64,000 bases of DNA from Planctomycetota bacterium (GCA_965248445.1 CBDFJG010000001.1:288001-352000), one strand, 5' to 3'; numbered from the stretch's first letter, positions 20,025-30,419 are shown. The notes: generated by a model from the letters alone, not told the origin. Numbers and translations are program-made.

Positions 20025-22394
20025 GTGAGTGACCAGATCGCACCGGAGAGCCTCCTCAGCCATTCCGACTTCATTCGTCGGCTGGCCTGGCGGCTCCTGC
20101 GCGACGAGCACCAGGTCGAGGACGTCGTCCAGGACACGTTCGTCGCGGCCATCGAGCGCCCGCCCCCCGACGAGAGCGGCGTTCGATCGTGGCTCGGTGT
20201 CGTCACACGCAACCTCGCTCTCAAGAAGCGCCGCTCCGACACCCGTCGGCGCAAGCGGGAGGAGACCGTCGCTGCGCGCACCGTGCGCGTGCCGACGGCG
20301 CAAACGATCCTCGAGCGCGAAGCGGTGCGGCAACGTGTCGTGACCGCCGTGCTCGAGCTCGACGAGCCCTACCGCTCGGTCGTCCTCCTGCGCTTTTTCG
20401 AGAGTCTCCCGCCGCGCGACATCGCGCGCAGCCTGGACGTACCCGTCGAGACGGTGCGCACGCGGCTGAAGCGCGCGTGCGCGCAATTGCGCGAGAGGTT
20501 GCACGCGGAAGATGGCGAGAACCGCGGCGCCTGGGTGGCGATGCTCTTGCCGCTCGCGCGCGGCGCGCCGTTCCAAGGACTCGAGGGACTGCCGGAGACG
20601 GCCGGGCCCGCAACCACAGGAGCCGCAACTATGAGCAGCACAGCAACGGGCCTCGGCGTCATGAAACTCCTTCTCGGAGCGGCACTCGTGGCGGTCGCCG
20701 GCGGAGGCATCTGGTGGATGGCACAACCCGCCGACGACGGCGGCGCCGCCGCACCTCCGGTCGTCGCCGAAGAGCCGGCCGCCCCGGACGAGGACGAACC
20801 GGAGCGAGAGCGCGTGCGCCCCCAGTCGCTGGACGGAGCCGCGTCGGACACCGAGTCCGACGAGGGCGATGCCCTGCCGGCCGGGATGGTCGCCGGCGTG
20901 CTCGTGGACGAGAGCGGCGCGCCGTTCGCGAACAAGTACGTCTGGATCGCAGGCGAAGACGACGTTGTGGGTGAGGGCGAGCGCGACCGAGAGCCCTGGC
21001 ATGGACGCGAGGCCGAGACCGACGAGGAGGGGCGCTTTCGCGTCGAGCTCGACGTGCCCCGCCGCGTGCGCGTGTCGGCCGGCCGCTCGCCCGAGGTGCA
21101 GCCGCTCGAACGCGAAGCCAAGTGGATTACGCCGCCCGCGGACGACCTGCGCGTCGTGGCGCGCCGTATGCCGGTCGGCACGCTGACGGTCCGCGTCGAC
21201 GACCCGGCGGCGGGCGAGTCACTCGCCGGGTTCATCTGCCGGGTCGACGTGCGCGGGGACGACCTGCACATCCGCGCCGAGGACGAGGTGGCCACGCAGG
21301 TGCTGCGCATGCAGGCGGGCGAGTCGACCCTCTCCGTGACAGTCACGCTCGTCGAACCGGCACTCTCCGTGGCGCCGTCCCAGGAGATCGCGCTGCTCCC
21401 GGGCAAGCAGTCACTGATCACGTTCGAGATGCCGGACCGCGCTGAGATCTCGGGCCGCGTCGTAGACGCGAACGGAAATGCAGTCACCGAGGCGTGCGTC
21501 TTCTTCGGCGACCAGTTTCGCGCCCGCCGCAATTGGAGCCGGAACGTCCATCCCGAGGACGCGCCCGACGCTGTGTACACGGACGCCGACGGGCGCTTCA
21601 CCGTTCGCGGCGACAGCACGCAGGTGACGGCATTCCACGCATCGCATGGTGTCGTGACGGCTGCGATCGACGACGCCGGCACCCTGACGCTGCCGGCGCC
21701 GGGCAAGATCACCGGACGCGTCGTCGATCTCGAGGGGAACGTACTCGCAGGTAAGCGCCTGCACCTGGATCGCCGGGACAAGTGGAGCGTGGAGACCGAC
21801 GCGCAAGGCCGGTTCACGTTCGAGACGGCACTCGGCGGCGTCCGCTGGATCAGCCTGCCCAAGCCGATGCGCCACCTGGTCGGCGTGAGGGTCGATGCCG
21901 GACAGACCGCCGACGTCGACATCTCGGGCTGGCTCGCGGAGACGAACATCCAGCTGACGTCGAACGGCGCCCCCACGAACCTCGGGTTCGGAGGCGTCGT
22001 CCTCGGCCTCGACCGCGTGTTCACGCTCCACGAGTTCGAGTACGACGAGGGACGGACCCGCATCGGGCGCATCCTGCCCGGCCGCTACCTGTTCCTCTCA
22101 CGGAGCGGGCACATGGCGACCGTCAACGTGAACGGACCGGACGTGACCGCGGACGTCGGCACCGCGACCCTGACGGTGCAGGCCGAGCCGGGCACGAGGA
22201 TCTACGTGATCCCAGCCGGATCACCGGAGCAGGTGCGGCTGTTCGCGCCTCACAACGCGCGGGAGATCCCGGAGTCGGGTGAGTTGTCGTGGGGTCCGCT
22301 GCGTGCCGGCAGCTACGCGATCGGCGTCCCACGCCGCGGCATACAGAAGACGGTCGAGGTCACCGACGCAGGCACAGCCGCGACGCTCGAGTAG
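20025..22394 (+). CDS. ECF sigma factor fused to TM and carboxypeptidase-regulatory-like beta-sandwich repeats
   Basis: Sigma2 (EDVVQDTF, SWL..VTRN) and sigma4 (LDEPYRSVVLLRF...ETVRTRLKRA) regions, a TM helix and repeated GRVVD...TD.DGRF. Confidence 0.9.
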   Translation: MSDQIAPESLLSHSDFIRRLAWRLLRDEHQVEDVVQDTFVAAIERPPPDESGVRSWLGVVTRNLALKKRRSDTRRRKREETVAARTVRVPTAQTILEREAVRQRVVTAVLELDEPYRSVVLLRFFESLPPRDIARSLDVPVETVRTRLKRACAQLRERLHAEDGENRGAWVAMLLPLARGAPFQGLEGLPETAGPATTGAATMSSTATGLGVMKLLLGAALVAVAGGGIWWMAQPADDGGAAAPPVVAEEPAAPDEDEPERERVRPQSLDGAASDTESDEGDALPAGMVAGVLVDESGAPFANKYVWIAGEDDVVGEGERDREPWHGREAETDEEGRFRVELDVPRRVRVSAGRSPEVQPLEREAKWITPPADDLRVVARRMPVGTLTVRVDDPAAGESLAGFICRVDVRGDDLHIRAEDEVATQVLRMQAGESTLSVTVTLVEPALSVAPSQEIALLPGKQSLITFEMPDRAEISGRVVDANGNAVTEACVFFGDQFRARRNWSRNVHPEDAPDAVYTDADGRFTVRGDSTQVTAFHASHGVVTAAIDDAGTLTLPAPGKITGRVVDLEGNVLAGKRLHLDRRDKWSVETDAQGRFTFETALGGVRWISLPKPMRHLVGVRVDAGQTADVDISGWLAETNIQLTSNGAPTNLGFGGVVLGLDRVFTLHEFEYDEGRTRIGRILPGRYLFLSRSGHMATVNVNGPDVTADVGTATLTVQAEPGTRIYVIPAGSPEQVRLFAPHNAREIPESGELSWGPLRAGSYAIGVPRRGIQKTVEVTDAGTAATLE

Positions 22395-22430
22395 CCCACT
22401 AGCGGAACGAGAGACCTCCCGCGCTGCGGG

Positions 22431-22733
22431 TCACCCGTCGCGCGGGATCGTGAGCGTCTGTGCGACGGATCCTCGGACGGTGATGGCCGACACGCGAAGC
22501 GTGATGGCGTTCCCGGAACGGTTGAGCAGTCGCGTGAGGAACACCCAATCACCATTCTGGAGGTTCGCGAAGTGCGCGATGCGCAGACCGGTCACGTCGT
22601 CGTCTGCCGTGACGGGCGCGACGTTCATCACCGCCCGTTGGCGCTTGCTCCTTCGGTAACCGTTCACCTCGACAAGGCTGAAGTCCACTCCCGGCCTCCA
22701 GTCCGTGTTCAGATCGATCCGCACGTTCGCCAT
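22431..22733 (-). CDS. hypothetical beta-rich small protein
   Basis: GGAG RBS, ATG start and protein-like composition; fills the gap between neighbouring genes. Confidence 0.55.
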   Translation of the reverse strand: MANVRIDLNTDWRPGVDFSLVEVNGYRRSKRQRAVMNVAPVTADDDVTGLRIAHFANLQNGDWVFLTRLLNRSGNAITLRVSAITVRGSVAQTLTIPRDG

Positions 22734-22837
22734 GTCACACTCCGATCTTCGCGCGCTTCGCCGCGCGGCAGGTACCCCTGATCTGGCGCGACACGGTACG
22801 GGGACCGCTGCGCAGAATCACGCTCCAGCAGCGGCCG

Positions 22838-23656
22838 CTACTCGGTCTCGGCAATCCGCTCACGGATGTGGTCGCCGATGGGATCGTGGCCGGTGTCCAC
22901 TTCGAAGACGTCGACGTTCATGTCGCGGAAGTGCTGACGGCCCTTCTCGTCGAGATGCGATTCCGCGCGCGCCCGCACGCGCTCCTCGATCTCGCCGAAC
23001 GCCTGCAGGTACGTCTGCTCGCGCCCAGGCACCTTGTCCTTGGCGAGCCGTCCGAAGAAGCGCCCGATCGCGCCCCGGAAGTCGCCACTCTTCTTGATGT
23101 CTGCGGCGAAGTCCGAGAGGACGTCCGTGCCGTCGAGGCGCCGCTCGCTCAGCAGCGCGAAGCCCTCGTCGCGCGCGCTGTTGAACACCTCGCGCAAGGA
23201 GTCCTCTTGGTCCTCATTCAGTCCGAACTCGCGCGTGATCTCCGACATCGGTGGCTTCCACTTGCCGTCCTCGGAGCGATAGCGCTGCCGTGCGGCCAGC
23301 CGCTCCATCTGCTCCTCCACCGCGGTCTCGAGTCGCGTGGCGACCTCGTTCTCGAACGCTGCCGCGCGCGTTTCGTCGCCGGCAAGCAGCGCACTGTCGG
23401 CTCCACCGGCCACGGCGGCCGCCCCGCCGGACGCCGCCGTGCCGCGCGGCGCCGACTCGACACGCCGTTTGACGCTGCGGCTGGTCTCCCGCACGTCGCG
23501 GAGCATCGACTCCATCCCGTCGAGCCGCTTCTCGATGGCGGCCAGCCGCTCGTCGGACGAGCCCTCCCCACCCGGGCTCCCCTGGTTCACGGCGACGAAC
23601 ACCGTGACGGACAGCGTGAGGGCCACCAGTGCGATCAAGACTCCGCTCGCTCTCAT
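22838..23656 (-). CDS. hypothetical membrane-anchored coiled-coil protein
   Basis: RBS GGAGG, N-terminal TM, coiled coil and helical C-terminus. Confidence 0.7.
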   Translation of the reverse strand: MRASGVLIALVALTLSVTVFVAVNQGSPGGEGSSDERLAAIEKRLDGMESMLRDVRETSRSVKRRVESAPRGTAASGGAAAVAGGADSALLAGDETRAAAFENEVATRLETAVEEQMERLAARQRYRSEDGKWKPPMSEITREFGLNEDQEDSLREVFNSARDEGFALLSERRLDGTDVLSDFAADIKKSGDFRGAIGRFFGRLAKDKVPGREQTYLQAFGEIEERVRARAESHLDEKGRQHFRDMNVDVFEVDTGHDPIGDHIRERIAETE

Positions 23657-23743
23657 CCCTGCCTCCTGCGGCTCGCTTTCGGCGCGCCTGGTCTGGATGA
23701 TATGGGAACCGAAAGGCAGCCACCGAGTTCGGAGGACACCGGA

Positions 23744-24352
23744 ATGCCCCCCGCGGACCCACGCGTAGACGCCTACATCGCGAAGGCCGAGCCCTTCGCG
23801 AGGCCGATCCTCGAGCGCATCCGCAAGTCCTTCCACAAGGGCTGCCCCGAGATCGTCGAGCAGATCAAGTGGAAGCACCCCTCGTTCGAGCACAACGGGA
23901 TCATCGGCGGGATGGCGTCGCACAAGGCCCACGTCTCGCTGTGGTTCCACCGCGGAGCCGAGGTCGACGACCCCGACGGGATTTTCGACGGCATGGGCGA
24001 GAAGCAGATGGCCGGCGCACGGGCAGAGAAGCTGTCGGACCTCCCCACACAGCGAGTCCTGGCGAGCTACGTCAAGCGGGCGGCGAAGTTGAACGAGGGA
24101 CCCAGTCGGCTCGCCAAGAAGCCAGTGCCCCGCAAGCCGGCGCCGAAGATCCCGGCGGTGGTCAAGGCGGCGCTCGCGAAGAACAAGAAGGCGCGCACGT
24201 TCTACGAGTCCCTGCCGCCGGGCGCCAAGCGCGACTACGTGGAGTGGGTCACGACGGCGAAGCGCGAAGCCACGCGCGACAAGCGACTCGCCACGATGGT
24301 CGTGTGGCTCTCCGAAGGAAAGCGCCGGAACTGGAAGTACGAGAATTGCTGA
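23744..24352 (+). CDS. YdeI/OmpD-associated family protein (DUF1801 + OmdA-like)
   Basis: DPRVDAYI, EQIKWKHP, DYVEWVTTAKREATRDKR and GKRRNWKYE. Confidence 0.9.
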   Translation: MPPADPRVDAYIAKAEPFARPILERIRKSFHKGCPEIVEQIKWKHPSFEHNGIIGGMASHKAHVSLWFHRGAEVDDPDGIFDGMGEKQMAGARAEKLSDLPTQRVLASYVKRAAKLNEGPSRLAKKPVPRKPAPKIPAVVKAALAKNKKARTFYESLPPGAKRDYVEWVTTAKREATRDKRLATMVVWLSEGKRRNWKYENC

Positions 24353-25794
24353 AGCACGCGGCCTGGGCGTCTCTGTTCCCTGTACTCGGCGGTCTGGGGC
24401 TACTCGGCGGCTGCGGAGACGAACGGACAGCACTTGAGACGCCTCCGCCGGAACTCACCTCGCCGCCTCAAGTCGCACCACCGCCCGCGGCAGCCGCGTC
24501 GGTGATCGGAGCGGTGTCGCCGCAGCGGCTGCGCGCCGACATCGACCGTCTCGCCGCCTTTGGAACCCGGCACACGCTCTCCGACACCGTGTCGGACGAA
24601 CGGGGCATCGGAGCGGCACGACGGTGGCTGCGCGACGAGTTCCGCCGGACCACCGAGACCGACGGACGCACCGGCGCTCTCGCGGCAACGGTTTCCCTCG
24701 ACGGCTACGTCCAGCAGCCCCGCTCACGTGTTTCCGTACCCACCGAGATCGTGAACGTGGTCTGCACGCTTCCGGGCGCGATGCCTGAGGCGCGCGGGCG
24801 CCTCTACATCGCCGGAGCACACTACGACTCACGCGCCACGGACCCCGTGGACGCCGAGAGTGACGCTCCCGGCGCCAACGACGACGGATCCGGCACAGTC
24901 GGACTCCTCGAGTTGGCGCGCGTGCTCGCGCCTCTCGAGCTCGACGCGACCGTCGTGCTGGTGGCCTACGCGGGCGAGGAGCAGGGCTTGCTCGGCTCGC
25001 GCCATCACGCGAAGACGCTTGCGGCGGACGAGGCAGACGTGCGCGGCATACTGTCCGCGGACATGATCGGCGATCCGACCGGGCCGTCGGACGGTCGTGG
25101 CGGCAGCCGCGGACCGTCGGCAGCCGACCGCGTGCGCGTCTTCTCCGCAGGACTCCCCCGCAGCGCCACGGACACACAGTTGCGCAACCTCGCTCAACTC
25201 GGCCATGCGAACGACTCGGACTCGCGGCAGCTCGCGCGCTACGTAGCCGACGTCGCCCGACGTCACACGACCGCCGTTCAGCCGATGCTCGTGTTCCGCA
25301 ACGACCGTTTCCTGCGCGGAGGCGACCACAAGAGCTTCGTCGACGCCGGGTTCGCGGGCGTGCGCCTGACCGACGTCTACGAGAACTACGACAGGCAGCA
25401 TCAAGACCTGCGCACGGACGAGGGCATGGCGTTCGGCGACCTCCCACAACACGTGGACGAGAACTACCTCGCCGACGTGGTCCGGCTGTGGGCCGCTGCA
25501 CTTGTCAGTCTGGCGAATGCCCCCTCGGCGCCCACGGACGCACGGATCATCGTCAGTTCGCTCACTCCCGACACCACGCTGCGGTGGGCCGCGTCACCCG
25601 AGCCCGACACCGCAGGGTATGAAGTCGTGTGGCGTGCCACCACGAGCCCGGACTGGGAGGATTCGCGCGACTTCGGGAACGTCACCGAGGCGACTCTCGA
25701 ACTCTCGAAGGACAACTGGCTGTTCGGTGTGCGCTCGTACGACGCCGACGGCTACCGCTCACCCGTCGCGTTCCCCGGCGTGGGAAGGGAGTAG
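24346..25794 (+). CDS. M28 family metallopeptidase lipoprotein with FN3-like C-terminus
   Basis: Lipobox LGGC, FGTRHTLS, AHYDS, GANDDGSG, GEEQGLLGS and RGGDH. TTG start inferred. Confidence 0.88.
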   Translation: MLKHAAWASLFPVLGGLGLLGGCGDERTALETPPPELTSPPQVAPPPAAAASVIGAVSPQRLRADIDRLAAFGTRHTLSDTVSDERGIGAARRWLRDEFRRTTETDGRTGALAATVSLDGYVQQPRSRVSVPTEIVNVVCTLPGAMPEARGRLYIAGAHYDSRATDPVDAESDAPGANDDGSGTVGLLELARVLAPLELDATVVLVAYAGEEQGLLGSRHHAKTLAADEADVRGILSADMIGDPTGPSDGRGGSRGPSAADRVRVFSAGLPRSATDTQLRNLAQLGHANDSDSRQLARYVADVARRHTTAVQPMLVFRNDRFLRGGDHKSFVDAGFAGVRLTDVYENYDRQHQDLRTDEGMAFGDLPQHVDENYLADVVRLWAAALVSLANAPSAPTDARIIVSSLTPDTTLRWAASPEPDTAGYEVVWRATTSPDWEDSRDFGNVTEATLELSKDNWLFGVRSYDADGYRSPVAFPGVGRE

Positions 25795-26289
25795 CCACTT
25801 CTCCACGATCACCTCGTCGATGTAGTGGCCGTCGATCTTGGTCTGTCGCGGTGCGCGCCCCACCTCGGCGAATCCCTGGCCGGCGTAGGCGCGGAGCCCG
25901 GCGGTGTTGTCCGCGCGGATGAACGTGAAGATCTTCTCGTAGCCGAGAGCGAGCGCGGACTCGTACGTCGCGGCGAACATCCGCGCCGCGATCCCCTGTC
26001 GGTGATGCCCGAGCGCAACGTATGTGCCCATCGTGGCGACGTGGTCATGCGAGTACGTGTGCGGCGCGAGCGGATCGAGGGTCTGGAATCCCACTAGCAG
26101 TCCGCCGTGCGCGCGGTGCGCCAGACACGCGAACGCGCGCGGCCCGAATTCCGCGATCCACGACCTCATCTCACCGACCGTCTTCGGCGTGTCGAGCGCC
26201 GTGTAGATTCGCGCGTCGATGATCGGGTTGAGAAGGCCGGCGACCGCCTCGGCGTCGTCCGGAGTCGCTCGGCGGATGCTCAGGTCCAT
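25759..26289 (-). CDS. GNAT N-acetyltransferase
   Basis: IRRATPDD, HHRQGIA and IRADNTAGL..Y...GF. The 3' end overlaps the convergent M28 gene by 36 bp. Confidence 0.88.
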   Translation of the reverse strand: MDLSIRRATPDDAEAVAGLLNPIIDARIYTALDTPKTVGEMRSWIAEFGPRAFACLAHRAHGGLLVGFQTLDPLAPHTYSHDHVATMGTYVALGHHRQGIAARMFAATYESALALGYEKIFTFIRADNTAGLRAYAGQGFAEVGRAPRQTKIDGHYIDEVIVEKWLLPSHAGERDG

Positions 26290-26411
26290 CAGTGTCTCCC
26301 TGCCCGGGCCGGCCTCCATCGTGCCACCCGGCCGCTGCGACAGAACCCCTCGAATCGCACCGCGCCCACGCTAGGCTAGCCCGGCTGTAAGAACTTGCGA
26401 TGCGACACACC

Positions 26412-26664
26412 ATGGCATCAGGACTGTTCGCGGCACTCATGCTCGTGTCCGCGTGCGGCGGCGGCGCGGAGTCGGACGCGGTGCCCGTGGTCATCACGCC
26501 GAATCCTGCCGGGCTTCGATCTCGCGCTCCAGCAGATGCGTGAGGGCGACAAGTGGAAGATCACGTTCCCGGCAGCGCTTGGGTACGGGAAGCACGGCAG
26601 CCCGAAGATCCCCCCCGGCAGCACGATCGAGGTCGAGGCTGAGCTCATGAAGGTGGACAACTAG
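26412..26664 (+). pseudogene. FKBP-type PPIase lipoprotein remnant (internal deletion and frameshift)
   Basis: Lipoprotein leader MASGLFAALMLVSAC in one frame, and only the C-terminal FKBP half (ILPGFDLALQQM...LGYG...IPPGSTI) in another. Confidence 0.7.
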
Positions 26665-26801
26665 GCAGTCCTGTTCAGGAACCCTGCGCCGCGGACCAGC
26701 GCCGTAGCGAGAGTGCCGGTCCTCGCCTCGCGAGCGGTATTCTGAGCTTCTGGTCCAACAGCCTCTGACGCCGTTGAGACGTGCTCCGCAGGAGACATCC
26801 C

Positions 26802-27827
26802 ATGAAGAGAATCCTTCTCACTGCAACTCTGGCTGGAACGCTGATCGCCGGCTCGCTGGCGACTCCCGCCGAGGCCGGCTGGAGAGCGCTGTCCGGCGAG
26901 CGCGTCCCCGAGTTCAGCGCCGACGAGTGGCTGAACACCGGCACGTCGACGCCGAGCGCGGCCTCGCTGCGCGGCAAGGCGTACCTGATCGAGTTCTTCG
27001 CCACCTGGTGAACCCCCTGCATGGCTCAGGTGGGTCACCTGAACGAACTGCAGACGAAGTACTTCGACAAGGGTCTACGCGTCGTCGCCATCTCGGCCGA
27101 GCCGCTCGGCCTGCTCGAGAAGAAGATGCTCGAGGAGAAGGGCGTCGAGTACTGGATCGGGTCCGACACGTCGAGGTCTTCGATGAAGAACTTCTCCGAC
27201 ATGGTCAAGATCGCCATCCCCCACAGCTACCTCGTGGACGCGACCGGAAAGGTCGTCTCGGAAGGCATGCCGGACGATCAGCAGATCGAAGCCCTGCTCG
27301 ACGGTGTTTTTGACGAGACGCTCGGCCGCGAGTTGCACACGAAGCTCGCCCCTGCCGTCAAGAGCTACGAGAAGGGCGACATCGGCAAGGCCTGGAAGGC
27401 GGCGAGCAAGCTGGTCGAGAACGAGGACGAGGCGATCGCAGAGGACGCCAAGTTCCTGGTTGAGAAGACGGAGGCCTACGGCGAATTCCGCAAGACGCTC
27501 GCCGAGGGTGCGATCTCCTCGCGTGAGTACCTCACCGCCGACGAAGACCTCGCCGACATGGCCAAGGCGTTCTCCGGGATGCCGGTGGCGGAGTGGTCCG
27601 CCAAGACGAGCAAGGAACTCGACGCGGATCCGGACGTCAAGAACGAGCGCAAGGCCTGGAAGGCGCTCCTCAAGGTCAAGGCCGCGGAGGAGAAGGCGAA
27701 CGGCAAGGCGAAGAAGATGAAGCTCGTCCGCAAGTCGTACCTGAAGCTCGTCGACAAGTACGCCGGGACGAACGCTGCCGAGAAGGCCGCTGCCGCGGCG
27801 TCGGGGCTCGGCCGCTACGCAGACTGA
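26802..27827 (+). CDS. exported TlpA/AhpC-like selenoprotein (U70-T-P-C73), 341 aa by UGA read-through
   Basis: RBS AGGAG, signal peptide and LRGKAYLIEFFATW-TGA(27009-27011)-TPC. The frame continues into ORF 27021..27827, with a hairpin just downstream. Confidence 0.9.
27026..27042 (+). promoter_or_regulatory. putative bacterial SECIS hairpin
   Basis: TCAGGTG-GGT-CACCTGA: perfect 7-bp stem with a G-starting apical loop 22 nt after the UGA. Confidence 0.75.
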
Positions 27828-27851
27828 CCGAACGAACCGACGGATCCGACC

Positions 27852-27884
27852 GAGAGCGGAGGGCGCAGTGCCCTCCGCTCTCTT
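27852..27884. terminator. intrinsic terminator-like hairpin between convergent genes
   Basis: GAGAGCGGAGGGC-gcagt-GCCCTCCGCTCTC 13-bp stem followed by TTGATT. Confidence 0.75.
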
Positions 27885-27891
27885 GATTCTG

Positions 27892-28557
27892 TCAGTAGGT
27901 CAGCGCCTGCGCTGACTTCTCGACCTCACCCGACTCCTCCTGGATCGCGACGGCGCGAGCCATGAAGCGATCGGTGCGATACCACATGTCGTAGGTGAGC
28001 AGTGTCAGCACGATGAACGTCCCGTGTTCCCACAACTCCATGCGGTCACCGAAGAGGATGTCGCCTGTGCAGAACACGAAGAAGATCAGCACGCTGCCCT
28101 TGAACGCAATGCGATGGAGCGTCCGGTCCACGAACAGGCCCAGCAACCCGTCGCGTTGTTTCTCACGGAACGCTTCGGATGAGACCGACCAGAAGGCAAG
28201 CGCGAGGAAGAGCACGCCCAGCAAGAGCTCTGCGATCGCGAATCCGTAGAGCGACGCGAGTGCCAGCTGCCCGGGCAGGTTCAGGCACTTGAAGTAGGCG
28301 ACCATCTTGCTGTCGCGATTGACACCGAAGTACCCGATCGTCTCGCCCTTGTGCATCGTGTAGGCGAGTGAGTTGTGCCCGTGTTCATCGACCTTGTTGA
28401 CGTCGAGCAGGTAGCCGGTGGTCACGTCGCGGTTGATCCCCGACTCACCGTTGAAGAACTTGTCGCCCCCGTTCAGCAGCCAGAACATCGCCCAGAAGAA
28501 CATCAAGATGACAACCAGGTTGAGCTTGCCGTCGAGGCGGTGGATCAGGTTCTTCAT
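27892..28557 (-). CDS. hypothetical integral membrane protein (DoxX-like topology, about 4 TM)
   Basis: GGAG RBS, hydrophobic helices, FWLLNGGDKFF and GDILFGDRMELWEH. Confidence 0.75.
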   Translation of the reverse strand: MKNLIHRLDGKLNLVVILMFFWAMFWLLNGGDKFFNGESGINRDVTTGYLLDVNKVDEHGHNSLAYTMHKGETIGYFGVNRDSKMVAYFKCLNLPGQLALASLYGFAIAELLLGVLFLALAFWSVSSEAFREKQRDGLLGLFVDRTLHRIAFKGSVLIFFVFCTGDILFGDRMELWEHGTFIVLTLLTYDMWYRTDRFMARAVAIQEESGEVEKSAQALTY

Positions 28558-28692
28558 CGTGCTACTCCGCTCCAGGTGGTCGAAATCGCCCGCGCGGGCG
28601 TACCTCCCCACTCAATCGGGGGTCCCCACACCCTCTGGATCGGAGCGGAACAGCGCGAACTGAATTCGGGTCGCGGCGAGCCGGACGGCCGG

Positions 28693-30105
28693 TCAGCGCC
28701 CAGGGCGGCGATCGTCGGGTGCGTCGCCCATCGCCCTGGCTCCGCCGACGGTGGCGAGGTCGCGCAGCGAGTCCGGGAACTTCTGTTCGGGCACAGGCTT
28801 CGGCGTCCTGGGAATCCCGCTCGGCGTGGGCGGCCTGGGCAGCGACGGCCGCCGGAACTTGTACCAAAGCACGCGGATACGCGTCGCGTCGGCAACGAAG
28901 TGCGCCCCGGCGGCGGTCTGGGCGCGACGCTTGTCCCTCGGACCGACCGACGCGTGCAGCACCACCGTCCTGTCAGCGTCCCACCGCCAGTCACTGCGGT
29001 CGTACGCCTCTTCGATCGAGCGCGCCATCACCATGCCCCGCTGTGGGTGCACCTGGGCGAGGCGGCCCTTGAAGTACTTCTCGATCTTGGCCTCGTCGCG
29101 CGTGAGGGGCAGCATGTTCACGGTCGTCGTCACGCCGCCCTTCGCCGGCTCGATGTACGAGACGATGCCGACGCGCACGTCCTCGTCAGCGAGACGCGCG
29201 TCGGTCAGGTCTTGCGACACCAGGCCCCACATCTTCGACAGCTTGGTGCCGGGGCTCTGGTGGAAGACGTGGACGATGTCGATCCTGGCGCGCTGAGCCG
29301 GGGGCGGCTCAGCCGTCGGGCCGGAACGACCGACTCGAGCCGCCACGCGCAAGAGCGCGTTGGCGACCGCGACCAGCACCACCGGTGACTTCGTGGCGCC
29401 GAGTCGCTCCCTCAACCCGAGGATGCGTTCGTCGCCGTACGAGCCGGCGATCTCCAGCGCGTCGATCGTGAGATCCAGATCGTCGTCGCCGCTCTCCAGG
29501 ATCTCGAACACGAGGTCGGGGAGGAGCGGCTTGCCATCGGGGCGCGCGGCCAGCGCGCGGAGCGCCGCAGGACGAAGTGACCGGTGCTTTGTCCGCACGA
29601 CGTATTCGAGTTGCGGGGCGGCGAGAGGGCTCGGGTGCGCGCCCAGCGCAGCAATCAGCAGCAGACGAGTCGCCTGATCCGCTCGCCGATCGTAGATCTT
29701 CTCGACGAGGTCTGCGGGGGAAACGTCGAGCGCGCCGGCGCTCCGCGCCATCGCTTCCCGCACGCGGCGCGGACCGCCCTCGGCCAGCGCCGTCAGGAGA
29801 TTGCGATCCGCTCCACGGACGTCGACGCGGCCGAGGGACTCGGCAGCCGCCACGCGTACGGCCGGATCCGCGTCCTTCTGCGCCACGAATGCGAGACGCG
29901 CGGGCACCGATCGAGAACCGATCTCAGCCATGCGGCGCACGGCGGCAACCCGCTCCACGGGGTCCGTCGACGTCTTGAGGGCGTGATCGCAACTGCTGAG
30001 CGATCGGTTGTCGCCCGCGAGCGCCACGCCGGCCACCAGGACCGGCAGGAGCGCCACCGTCAGCCGGATTCCTGCCTCCCTCACGAGGCGCAGTCTAGCC
30101 CGCAT
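28693..30105 (-). CDS. secreted HEAT-repeat protein with degenerate vWA-like C-terminal domain
   Basis: Signal peptide and D.DPAVRVAAAESLG repeats; C-terminal IDIVHVF...VRVGIVSY...DWRWDADRTVVL. Confidence 0.7.
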   Translation of the reverse strand: MRARLRLVREAGIRLTVALLPVLVAGVALAGDNRSLSSCDHALKTSTDPVERVAAVRRMAEIGSRSVPARLAFVAQKDADPAVRVAAAESLGRVDVRGADRNLLTALAEGGPRRVREAMARSAGALDVSPADLVEKIYDRRADQATRLLLIAALGAHPSPLAAPQLEYVVRTKHRSLRPAALRALAARPDGKPLLPDLVFEILESGDDDLDLTIDALEIAGSYGDERILGLRERLGATKSPVVLVAVANALLRVAARVGRSGPTAEPPPAQRARIDIVHVFHQSPGTKLSKMWGLVSQDLTDARLADEDVRVGIVSYIEPAKGGVTTTVNMLPLTRDEAKIEKYFKGRLAQVHPQRGMVMARSIEEAYDRSDWRWDADRTVVLHASVGPRDKRRAQTAAGAHFVADATRIRVLWYKFRRPSLPRPPTPSGIPRTPKPVPEQKFPDSLRDLATVGGARAMGDAPDDRRPGR

Positions 30106-30419
30106 CGTCCACCAGCTTCACGCGCCTGAGCGGTCCAGACCGCCGATCCGCGCGTTGCTCCGCCTCCACAACCCAATCAGGGGTGCGTTCGGCGTCGCGC
30201 CTTCGTCTCGACACTCTGGCCTCGCTCAGGACGTGTTGCCTCGACTCGAACGATGACCCCGCGCCCGGTCTTCACCAGTGATTCGAGGGGCGCTTGGAGA
30301 CGGAGCGCGCAAACCGGGTGAACGATGCGGGCTCGCGCCACGGCAGAGCCCGGACTCCAGGGGATGACGGGCCGGTCGACATTGGTATCCTCGTAGCAGG
30401 GTTGCAAAGGAGGGCGCGG

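Noticed and set aside
22400..22433. TGA-CCC followed by a hairpin after the 100-aa ORF
   Set aside because: Read-through would run antisense into the ECF sigma gene. The hairpin fits a terminator between convergent genes better.
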